Part shown: positions 45,952 to 53,472 of the stretch, one piece after another | Numbering within the stretch: the first letter of the stretch is position 1 | Layout of the letters: each line of letters starts with the position of its first letter | Origin: an uncultured Eisenbergiella sp. | Lineage (GTDB): Bacteria > Bacillota > Clostridia > Lachnospirales > Lachnospiraceae | Reading direction: 5' to 3' | NCBI GenBank assembly: GCA_947631815.1 | Contig: CANRMT010000001.1 | Coordinates: forward strand, 3,401 to 67,400 | Length of the DNA stretch: 64,000 nucleotides | Position numbers and translations under genes: made by a program | The notes under the pieces: generated by a model | Seen by the model: only the letters and a program-made list of their open reading frames with translations | Databases searched by the model: none | Told to the model about the DNA's origin: nothing

Positions 45952-46458
45952 TCAGCGCTTCTCCGTCAAAAACATTATCATGCTCCTGCCTTCCACCTTC
46001 GGGGGCTTCTCCATCACGGAAATATCCGAAAGCATCTGAGCAAAGTCATCCAGAATGTGCTTGCTGGTTGACATATGCGCCATTTCACGACCGCGGAAAC
46101 GCAGCGTAACCTTCACGCGGTTCCCCTTCTCCAGGAACTTCCGTGCCGCGTTCGCCTTGGTGTTCAAATCATTCGTATCAATGTTGGGAGACATCCGGAT
46201 CTCTTTGATCTCGATGGTCTTCTGCTTCTTTCTCGCATCCTTCTCCTTGCGCGCAAGCTCATATCTGTACTTTCCGTAATCCACGATCTTGCACACGGGA
46301 GGCTTGGCGGTGGGGGCGATCTTCACCAGATCCAGGCCCGCTTCCTCCGCAAGCTTCAGCGCTTCGCGCGCCGGCATGATCCCGAGCTGCTGCCCATTCT
46401 CTCCGATCAGACGGACCTCGCGGTCTCTGATCTGTTCGTTGATAAATAATTCGCTAAT
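45952..46458 (-). CDS. infC: Translation initiation factor IF-3 (ATT start)
   Basis: INEQIR...GLDLV...PPVCKIVDYGKY...KVTLRFRGRE; SD GGAGGG lies 7 nt before an in-frame ATT at 46458. Confidence 0.95.
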   Translation of the reverse strand: MSELFINEQIRDREVRLIGENGQQLGIMPAREALKLAEEAGLDLVKIAPTAKPPVCKIVDYGKYRYELARKEKDARKKQKTIEIKEIRMSPNIDTNDLNTKANAARKFLEKGNRVKVTLRFRGREMAHMSTSKHILDDFAQMLSDISVMEKPPKVEGRSMIMFLTEKR

Positions 46459-46490
46459 GGCTTTTCCCTCCATAAGATGAAATAGAACAT

Positions 46491-46645
46491 AAAAAAACGG
46501 ATACCCGCAGATATCCACTCCCGATCCTCAGCTCATGCCGCACGCTGCGCGAACCCGTCCCAATACTGTATCCGCCCGCACGGTGAACCAAAAATATGAA
46601 CGCCTGTCAGCCCGATCGCCACAGGGTGAGAGTGAAACTCTGCTT
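46491..46645 (-). ncRNA. L20 leader (infC-rpmI-rplT attenuator)
   Basis: AAGCAGAG...TCTCACCCTG...CAGG...GAGTGGA pattern and terminator ggatat-ctgcgg-gtatcc-TTTTTTT upstream of infC, as in Firmicute L20 leaders. Confidence 0.75.
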
Positions 46646-46671
46646 GTATGCCGACGCACAGTGTGCGCCAG

Positions 46672-46744
46672 TCGGAGTGACAAGACTTGAACTTGCGGCC
46701 TCTTCGTCCCTAACGAAGCGCTCTACCACCTGAGCCACACCCCG
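46672..46744 (-). tRNA. tRNA-Pro(AGG)
   Basis: CGGGGTG-TG-GCTC-AGGTGGTA-GAGC-G-CTTCG-TTAGGGA-CGAAG-AGGCC-GCAAG-TTCAAGT-CTTGT-CACTCCG-A; C1:G72 and A73 as in tRNA-Pro; loop positions 34-36 read AGG. Confidence 0.92.
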
Positions 46745-46769
46745 ATGTCCGCTCAACCGGACATTTGAT

Positions 46770-46798
46770 ATCTTACCCCAAACTCCTATATAAGTCAA
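46770..46798 (-). promoter_or_regulatory. Sigma-A promoter of tRNA-Pro and the infC operon
   Basis: TTGACT-17 nt-TAAGAT with an AT-rich upstream segment. Confidence 0.75.
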
Positions 46799-46830
46799 TA
46801 CCCAATTTTCAAAAACTTCGGCTATGTAAC

Positions 46831-46889
46831 GCCCCCGCCCAGAGCCCGACCGGCGCTGGCTTCCCGGCGGGCGGGCCCTGGGCGGGGGC
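46831..46889. terminator. Long GC hairpin downstream of the DUF1540 gene
   Basis: gcccccgcccag/ctgggcgggggc outer stem with inner gcccg/cgggc pairing; no clear U-tract. Confidence 0.45.
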
Positions 46890-46893
46890 CGGT

Positions 46894-47211
46894 TCAGCGC
46901 TCCTTAAATGTCGCGCATTCGGTCTCCCGGCAGTCCCGGGCGCCGCCGCCCCGGATGTCCACGCGATCCGCATAACACCGATAGTTGGTATTATAGGTGC
47001 ACTTCACCGCTTCGCAGTCGATGCTGATGGTGTTGCAGGGATGGTCGTCCATGGAATTGCGGGCCCGCCCCTCGGGCTCATCCCGAAAGCTCTCGCAGCA
47101 GGTCTGCCCGCTGCTGTCGGCCCGCATGCCGCCCACCATGATGTCGCCCTTACAGCAGCAGTCGCTGTTGTTGTACAGGCAGTTTTCCACTCCGCATCTC
47201 AATTCCGCCAT
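46894..47211 (-). CDS. DUF1540-like Cys-rich protein (two repeats)
   Basis: LRCGVENCLYNNSDCCCKGDIMV...TCCESF and IDCEAVKCTYNTNYRCYADRVDI...TECATF; SD aaggagg. Confidence 0.8.
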   Translation of the reverse strand: MAELRCGVENCLYNNSDCCCKGDIMVGGMRADSSGQTCCESFRDEPEGRARNSMDDHPCNTISIDCEAVKCTYNTNYRCYADRVDIRGGGARDCRETECATFKER

Positions 47212-47282
47212 ACTGTCCTCCTTTTGCCGTCTTTCGCGGCAGGTTTCCATTCCGCAGGGCATTTGCCCGCGGTCTCATTCCC

Positions 47283-47311
47283 TAGTCTGGACAGAGAACG
47301 GAAAAATATTC
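47283..47311 (-). promoter_or_regulatory. Putative forespore sigma-G-type promoter of the DUF1540 gene
   Basis: GAATA-17 nt-CAGACTA vs the B. subtilis sigma-G consensus GHATR-17/18-CATAHTA. Confidence 0.5.
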
Positions 47312-47370
47312 GTTTCCCGGGCCGCCGTTCGCTTCTCATCCGGCGATGCGGCTGCCAGGATCCTTGAAAC

Positions 47371-49296
47371 TCAGGCCTCCTTTGCCTGACGGTTTATCTT
47401 GGCGTCGATCTCTTCCCGGACCGCCTGGATGAATTCCTCCAGCGTCTTCGCGCCCTCGTCTCCGGCGAACCGGCTCCTGACGGCCACCGTGCCGCTCTCT
47501 TCTTCCTTCTGGCCTACCACGAGCATATAAGGCACCCTGGCGTTCTGGGCCTCCCGGATCTTGTAGCCGATCTTTTCGGAACGCAGATCCAGCTCCGCGC
47601 GGATCCCCGCATCGTCCAGCTTTTCCTTCACGCTCCTGGCATAGTCCATGTATTTGTCGGAGATCGGCAGCACGCGGACCTGCACCGGCGCCAGCCAGGT
47701 CGGGAACGCGCCCGCAAAGTGCTCGATCAGAATGCCGATGAACCGCTCGATGGAGCCGAACACCACGCGATGGATCATGATGGGCCTGTGCTTTTCGCCG
47801 TCCGGCCCGATGTATTCCAGCCCGAACCGCTGCGGGAGCTGGAAATCCAGCTGGATCGTGCCGCACTGCCAGGTCCTGCCGATGCAGTCCACCAGATGGA
47901 AGTCGATCTTGGGACCGTAGAACGCGCCGTCCCCCTCGTTGATCACATAATCCAGGCCCAGCTCCTCCAGAGCGCCTTTCAGCGCCGAGGTCGCCATCTC
48001 CCAATCCTCGTCGCTGCCCATGGAATCCTCCGGCCTGGTGGAAAGCTCTACGTGATACGGGAAGCCAAACAGGGAATAGACCTCGTCGATCAGCGCCACG
48101 ACGCCCTTGATCTCGTCCTTGATCTGCTCCGGCGTCATGAAGATGTGGGCATCGTCCTGCGTAAAGCAGCGCACCCGCATCAGGCCGTGAAGCTGGCCGG
48201 ACTTCTCATGACGGTGCACGATCCCCAGCTCTCCCATGCGCATGGGCAGATCCCGGTAGGAACGGGCCTCGGACGCATAGACCAGCACGCCGCCGGGGCA
48301 GTTCATCGGCTTGATCGCGTAATCCTGCTCATCGATCACGGTCGTGTACATGTTGTTTTTATAATGATCCCAATGACCGGACGTCTCCCAGAGACTGCGG
48401 TTCAGGATGATGGGCGTGGAGATCTCCACGTAGCCCGCCCGTTTGTGGAGCTGTCTCCAATATTCCAGAAGCGTGTTTTTCAAAACCATGCCCTTCGGCA
48501 GATAGAACGGGAAGCCGGGGCCTGCCTCGTGCATCATGAACAGGCCGAGCTCCTTGCCCAGCTTTCTGTGGTCGCGCTTTTTGGCCTCCTCCATCATGGT
48601 GATATAGCCGTCCAGCTCTTCTTTTTTGGAAAATGCGGTGGCGTACAGCCTGGTGAGCATCTTGTTGTGCTCATCGCCTCTCCAGTACGCGCCCGCAAGG
48701 CTCATGATCTTAAAGGCCTTCCCCACTTCCTTCGTACTCTTCAGATGCGGTCCGGCGCACAGATCCACGAATTCGCCCTGGCTGTAGAAACTGATCTCGG
48801 CGTCCTCGGGCAGATCCTCGATCAACTCCACCTTGTAGGGCTCATTGCGCTCCTTCATATAGGCGATGGCATCCTCTCTGGATTTGGTGAACCGCTCGAT
48901 CTTCAGATCCTCCTTGATGATCTTGCGCATCTCCGCCTCGATCTTTTCAAAATCGTCGCTCGTCAGAGGGCTTTCAAAATCTATATCGTAGTAAAAACCG
49001 TCCGCAATGGAAGGCCCGATGGCCAGCTTCACATTGGGATACAGGCGCTTCACCGCCTGGGCCATCACATGGCTGGCCGTATGCCGCAGCACGGAAAGCC
49101 CCTCCGCATCCTTCGCGGTGAGGATGCTGACGCTGGCGTCCTTCGACACCACGGTGCGCAGATCCACGACCTCGCCGTCGACCTCTCCGGCACAGGCCGC
49201 CCTGGCCAGGCCCTCGCTGATGTCCTTCGCGATCTCCAGGACCGACATCGGGTTCCCGTATTCCTTTACGGAACCGTCCTTCAACGTAATCTTCAT
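47371..49296 (-). CDS. thrS: Threonine--tRNA ligase
   Basis: TGS domain, LRHTASHVMAQAV, DLCAGPH, RDHRKLG, KPMNCPG, RVRCFTQDDAH, FYGPKID, HRVVFGSIERF. Confidence 0.97.
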   Translation of the reverse strand: MKITLKDGSVKEYGNPMSVLEIAKDISEGLARAACAGEVDGEVVDLRTVVSKDASVSILTAKDAEGLSVLRHTASHVMAQAVKRLYPNVKLAIGPSIADGFYYDIDFESPLTSDDFEKIEAEMRKIIKEDLKIERFTKSREDAIAYMKERNEPYKVELIEDLPEDAEISFYSQGEFVDLCAGPHLKSTKEVGKAFKIMSLAGAYWRGDEHNKMLTRLYATAFSKKEELDGYITMMEEAKKRDHRKLGKELGLFMMHEAGPGFPFYLPKGMVLKNTLLEYWRQLHKRAGYVEISTPIILNRSLWETSGHWDHYKNNMYTTVIDEQDYAIKPMNCPGGVLVYASEARSYRDLPMRMGELGIVHRHEKSGQLHGLMRVRCFTQDDAHIFMTPEQIKDEIKGVVALIDEVYSLFGFPYHVELSTRPEDSMGSDEDWEMATSALKGALEELGLDYVINEGDGAFYGPKIDFHLVDCIGRTWQCGTIQLDFQLPQRFGLEYIGPDGEKHRPIMIHRVVFGSIERFIGILIEHFAGAFPTWLAPVQVRVLPISDKYMDYARSVKEKLDDAGIRAELDLRSEKIGYKIREAQNARVPYMLVVGQKEEESGTVAVRSRFAGDEGAKTLEEFIQAVREEIDAKINRQAKEA

Positions 49297-49353
49297 CTCT
49301 TTCTCCTTTCCAGTCCATCGATATGTGTCTGTGCGTCTCCGTTCAGCAAAAGG

Positions 49354-49412
49354 CCGCCGCAAAATCCACGCCGCAGCATGAGACCGCCGCAAAATCCACG
49401 CCGCAGCATGAA
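49354..49412. repeat. 30-bp direct tandem duplication in the thrS leader
   Basis: ccgccgcaaaatccacgccgcagcatga at 49354 and 49384. Confidence 0.85.
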
Positions 49413-49503
49413 GCAGGAAAAAACGCGCCGCGTGCAGCGGAAAAACGCTCCGGCTCCCAGCGTGTGCAATAAGGATCTCCCGCACTCCGGCTCTATCACG
49501 CAT

Positions 49504-49865
49504 AAAAAAACGTCCCGCATGATACCTCTCCTGCACGGCGGCGCATCAAAACGCCGTCCCGCTCAAAGGGATCATGTCTGGGACGTATCGGCCGCCGCGG
49601 ACACAATGCCCGCAGCACAGCGGTCATATATCCGCTGCCATTATCTACGCGGTTCCACCCAGTTTGCTTCCGCCCGGCGGCCGCCGGACAAAAACCACTT
49701 CGTTGGAGATGATAACGGGATCACCGGGCCGGATTGGGGCCGCTCGGAGCTGGTCTTCGGTATGAGTCCCTGTCAGAACGCTTTCAGCACTGCGCCGTCC
49801 CCGGCGCGGCGTCCCTCTCTGGCACAGCGGCCCATCCTACTGGTCTCGTCAACGCATTCTCTGTA
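49504..49865 (-). ncRNA. T-box riboswitch (Thr) upstream of thrS
   Basis: T-box AAACTGGGTGGAACCGCG (49648-49665), AGAGA and GCTG boxes, ACC specifier (49759-49761), terminator 49504-49586 ending in T7. Confidence 0.9.
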
Positions 49866-49879
49866 TCGTTTATAGAGCA

Positions 49880-49908
49880 ATATTAGCGCAAAAGCCTCGG
49901 TTTGTAAA
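49880..49908 (-). promoter_or_regulatory. Sigma-A promoter of the thrS T-box leader
   Basis: TTTACA-17 nt-TAATAT. Confidence 0.65.
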
Positions 49909-49959
49909 GCCCCCCGGCGCTGATTTTCGCCTTCCGGGCGCACATTCTTTCTTTTGCAG

Positions 49960-50466
49960 CTATTTGTTCCTGCCGCAGCACTTTTTATATTTCTTGCCGC
50001 TGCCGCAGGGACAGGGATCGTTGGGATAAACCTTCGCTTCCTTGACGACGGTCGTGGAACTCTTCTGCTCCTTGTAGAGCGCCTTTCTGGTCTCTTCGTC
50101 AAATATGGGCTCCCACTCCTCCAGCTCATACAGCCAGGACGCATCCGCGGCTACCATATTCTTGTAGAGGCGTTCTTTGTCGAAGCCGAGACTGACCGGC
50201 GTATCCTCTTCCATTTCGTCGATCGGATTGGGCTCTGTAAGGCTGTCATTGATCCCATCCAAAAATCCCGTCATGGTCATGAGATCAACGCCGTATTTCT
50301 CCGCCAGTTCCTTCACCGTACCCGTGACAACGACATCCGGATCCTTCAGAAGCTGCCTGTAGATCGCCTTTTCCTGATCAAAATAGTCCGCCCAGAATTT
50401 CTTCAGTTTGCCGCGGTCCGTCTCCTGATCGTACGCTATATCTCTCCATTGCTGTAATAATGCCAT
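49960..50466 (-). CDS. SEC-C motif domain protein
   Basis: C-terminal [21 protein letters not shown]; the N-terminal domain is not SecA. Confidence 0.9.
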   Translation of the reverse strand: MALLQQWRDIAYDQETDRGKLKKFWADYFDQEKAIYRQLLKDPDVVVTGTVKELAEKYGVDLMTMTGFLDGINDSLTEPNPIDEMEEDTPVSLGFDKERLYKNMVAADASWLYELEEWEPIFDEETRKALYKEQKSSTTVVKEAKVYPNDPCPCGSGKKYKKCCGRNK

Positions 50467-50492
50467 TTTTCCACCTCATCCGTAAGTATTCC

Positions 50493-50657
50493 ATTCGCTT
50501 CGCGAATCGAGAAGCAGCGAGAAATCGCTTCGCTCTCGGGAAACTTCTCTATTCGCTTCGCGAATCGAGAAGCAGCGAGAAATCGCTTCGCTCTCGGGAA
50601 ACTTCTCTATTCGCTTCGCGAATCGAGAAGCAGCGAGAAATCGCTTCGCGATTTCTC
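50493..50657. repeat. 58-bp perfect tandem repeat (about 2.7 copies) with internal palindromes; REP-like
   Basis: attcgcttcgcgaatcgagaagcagcgagaaatcgcttcgctctcgggaaacttctct at 50493 and 50551, partial at 50609, closed by the hairpin gagaaatcgc-ttc-gcgatttctc. Confidence 0.92.
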
Positions 50658-50724
50658 TTCATTATATCCCATAGGTTTGATATTCGCAAGCATTTTCCGG
50701 TCTGTTTTGCGCCGGTTTTGTCGT

Positions 50725-51171
50725 TTAAAGGTACTTTTTCAGCTCCCGGATGTTGTTTTCCTCAAAATCCATCAGTTCCCGTGCGAGCTCCGTGGACTTC
50801 TCGCCTGCCCCGGCGTTGTGGTTCATGGCCCTCCACAGGCTCGACAGGCCGTCGCTGCTGGTGCGGATCATCATTTCCGCCAGACGGCTGGTCGTGGTGT
50901 TCATCAGAGTACCGGCGTTCAGAGATGCCGACTGGATCAGCCGGTCAACCTTGTTTTCCGGCTCCGGGCGGCGGCTGGCCGCCAAAAGCTGCGCCTTCGC
51001 CCTGTCATGCAGCTCCCCGTATTTGAAGGACTCTCTGGTAAGCATCAGCGCGAAACTGTCGTCGTATACTTTTCCCGCCAGGTTCTCCAGCGCGAACAGA
51101 TTCTTTTCCGTATTCCTTTGGATTTCCCGAAGCAGATTGATGTCGTCTTCCCCGGCAGTCTTTTCCGTCAT
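50725..51171 (-). CDS. Conserved hypothetical all-alpha (ferritin-like) protein, 148 aa
   Basis: LLREIQRN...SRLAEMMIR...LARELMDFEENNIRELKKYL resembles a common clostridial family; start chosen at ATG 51171. Confidence 0.7.
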   Translation of the reverse strand: MTEKTAGEDDINLLREIQRNTEKNLFALENLAGKVYDDSFALMLTRESFKYGELHDRAKAQLLAASRRPEPENKVDRLIQSASLNAGTLMNTTTSRLAEMMIRTSSDGLSSLWRAMNHNAGAGEKSTELARELMDFEENNIRELKKYL

Positions 51172-51271
51172 GTTCCCGTCCCCCGTTTTGTCCGATTCTT
51201 TCCGTAAACCGGTCCACGGACCGTGAACCGCATACGAAAACCGGAGATATCTCATCCGATATCTCCGGTTC

Positions 51272-51301
51272 CAGTATGTCCCGTTCAAAGGGAGCTTATT
51301 C
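51272..51301 (-). promoter_or_regulatory. Putative sigma-G-type promoter of the 148-aa gene
   Basis: GAATA-18 nt-CATACTG. Confidence 0.55.
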
Positions 51302-51340
51302 ATCTGTCCTGCAGGGGACTTATCCCCCCGCCGCGGTTCA

Positions 51341-52585
51341 TTAATTTAGGATTTTCAGCACCTCGGTCTTCACATAGCCGGTCTTGCCCTCGAACTTCAC
51401 CTTCGTCCAGCCGTCCGACTGCTGCGCGAGGATCTCCAGCTTGGCGCCCTGATAGCAGACGCCGAGGCGGTCCGCCTTTTCATCCGGGGATTCCCGGACG
51501 TTCACCGTCTCCGCCACGGTCACGGTGCCGGATGAAGGAAGTGTGCTGACAGCGCCCGCGTCTTCCTCCGCACCGCCCGCTTCCTCCTGCTGGCCGCCCA
51601 CAGGCTCGAGAAATTCAGACTTGACGAATCCCTCTTTCCCATTGTAATCCACTTTCGTCCAGCCGTTCGCCCGGCTTTCGATCACGCTGAGCACGTCCCC
51701 GATCTGCAGCTTCCCGATGCGCTCTGCCTGCTCGCTGTCCGAGGCGCGGACGTTCACCACATCGATGGCGCGCACCTCATCCGCCCGGATCGTCTGCTGC
51801 GCATCCGCTTCCGACTCCGTTTCCTTCTGCGTGGTCTGCGCATCCGCCAGCGCTTCTCCCACTTCCACCTTCAGATCGTCCGTCATTTTCGCGAGGAAGT
51901 CGCTCAGGTCCTCATCCGCCGTGACCGCCTCGTTGAACTTCACCTGTACGAGGTTCATCAGATCCACCACATCGTCCTGGGCCGATACCTCCTCCAGATA
52001 CGCGTTCACCGCTTCCTCCACTTCGCCCTCGTAAATATAATAGCCCCCGTCCCCCTTGGAAAAAACGAGAAACGGGCTGATCCCCGGCACCAGCGTATCC
52101 ATTCCCTGGAATTTCACGTCGTAGGACGCATATACCACGAAAGAATCCTCCACCGGCCCGGCCTTCGTATAACAGGTCAGATCGCGGTATTCCTCGATAT
52201 ATGCGCTGCGCTTCTGCAGATAGATCAGCATATCCTCGCTCATGGCCTGCGTGAGCGACTGCAGGGCTTCAACGTCTCCGTCGGTCGCCGCCTGATAATA
52301 TGCCTCTATCAGAGAGATGATCTGCGGATAGGCGTTTTCTTCCAGCGCCACGGACGTACCATCCGCCGTGCTTTCCTGGGATTCCGTGCCGCTTTGCTCA
52401 GCCGTCTCCGTTTCCGCGGACCCGTCCCCGGACGACTTTCTGGCTCTGCTTCCCGCCAGCGTCCCCACCAGGACGGCGATCAGCACGACGGCCGCCGCCG
52501 CTATGCCGATCAGGATCTTTTTATTTTCCTGCAGGAAACGAAGAACCTCTCTGCTGTTTCTCCTTCTTCTCCTCCGATCTCCCAT
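51341..52585 (-). CDS. Membrane-anchored SH3b domain-containing protein
   Basis: Basic N-terminus plus TM helix; two C-terminal SH3b repeats (VNVRASDS...GWTKVDYNGKEGFVKSEFL; VNVRESPD...GWTKVKFEGKTGYVKTEVL). Confidence 0.87.
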   Translation of the reverse strand: MGDRRRRRRNSREVLRFLQENKKILIGIAAAAVVLIAVLVGTLAGSRARKSSGDGSAETETAEQSGTESQESTADGTSVALEENAYPQIISLIEAYYQAATDGDVEALQSLTQAMSEDMLIYLQKRSAYIEEYRDLTCYTKAGPVEDSFVVYASYDVKFQGMDTLVPGISPFLVFSKGDGGYYIYEGEVEEAVNAYLEEVSAQDDVVDLMNLVQVKFNEAVTADEDLSDFLAKMTDDLKVEVGEALADAQTTQKETESEADAQQTIRADEVRAIDVVNVRASDSEQAERIGKLQIGDVLSVIESRANGWTKVDYNGKEGFVKSEFLEPVGGQQEEAGGAEEDAGAVSTLPSSGTVTVAETVNVRESPDEKADRLGVCYQGAKLEILAQQSDGWTKVKFEGKTGYVKTEVLKILN

Positions 52586-52706
52586 TTGTCCCCTTCCTTC
52601 AGGCGTCGGCCGCTGTCTGCGTCCGCGCCATGTTGATTCGTTTTTTCATATCATTTTATACGGTATATAGAAAAATCCTCCGCCGTACAAAAAGAGTGAT
52701 GCCTGA

Positions 52707-52778
52707 TGCAACCGACAGGAATCGAACCTGCATTAAAGGCGTCGGAGGCCTTCGTTCTATCCGTTAGACTACGGTTGC
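52707..52778 (-). tRNA. tRNA-Arg(CCG)
   Basis: GCAACCG...AAGGC-CTCCGAC-GCCTT...GGTTCGATTCC...CGGTTGC-A. Confidence 0.93.
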
Positions 52779-52831
52779 TCAATGTAATATCCGAAGATAT
52801 TACAGAATTATTACGCATCACTCTGTCATAT

Positions 52832-52860
52832 ACACTACCACATGTTCCGGTTCTTGTCCA
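52832..52860 (-). promoter_or_regulatory. Sigma-A promoter of tRNA-Arg
   Basis: TGGACA-17 nt-TAGTGT with TGn extension and an AT-rich upstream tract; the leader carries a tgtaatatc-TTCG-gatattaca hairpin (52783-52804). Confidence 0.55.
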
Positions 52861-53046
52861 GAAATTTTTTAAAAACATTCTGAATTATTTTCAAATTGCC
52901 TTAAAATATCGGGATCCGCTTCCGGCAAGGCACAGACGGTCAAGCAGAAAACGCGGCCCTCCCCCGGCCAAAAGCCGGAGGAAAGCCGCGCCCCGGATCC
53001 TGCTCATTCCGCCGTCCCCATACCGGAGGCGGAACGGCGCCGCGCC

Positions 53047-53154
53047 TCAGTTCTCGTCCCGCATCATTTCCAGATAATCGCTCTCATCCGCAAAAAGGCG
53101 GTATCCGCCGTCCACGTATCCCATGTAGCCTTCGTTCACATAATAACCTTTCAT
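53047..53154 (-). CDS. 35-aa small protein
   Basis: MKGYYVNEGYMGYVDGGYRLFADESDYLEMMRDEN with strong SD gaaggagg, isolated in an otherwise empty intergenic region. Confidence 0.7.
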   Translation of the reverse strand: MKGYYVNEGYMGYVDGGYRLFADESDYLEMMRDEN

Positions 53155-53472
53155 TCTGCTGCCTCCTTCTCTCAAACGCTCTCCGTTTCCCGTATCTCTC
53201 CGAACCGGGCGGTCTTCCCGCCGTTTCCCTTTGTTGGATTCAGTATCCCATTTTTCAAGTCCCATAGAACGTACTTTGTCATGCGAAAATGCCCCTCCGG
53301 GACCTGTATTCCGGAAGCACTGCGCCGATTTTCCGCACGGTCCGGTCAGTTTCCCGCGCGGTTGTGACGGATACCGCACGATCCCCTTGAAATTGCCGGT
53401 ATTTTATGCTTAAATGGGTGTTAGCTGTTATACCGCGGTTTCGGCCGCCCGAAAGGAAAAAGAGGTTTTATC

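Noticed and set aside
46459-46518. Upstream ATG starts for infC given by the ORF track
   Set aside because: The only good SD (GGAGGG) is positioned for the in-frame ATT at 46458, matching the known infC pattern.
49960-50466. secA fragment or pseudogene
   Set aside because: Only the SEC-C zinc motif is shared; the rest is an intact unrelated domain typical of stand-alone SEC-C proteins.
50493-50657. Possible CRISPR array
   Set aside because: Units are contiguous and identical with no unique spacers, and there are no cas genes; kept as a REP-like tandem repeat.
53230-53290. Sporulation sigma-F/G promoter for the 35-aa ORF (GATACTG -10)
   Set aside because: No acceptable -35 at the expected spacing.
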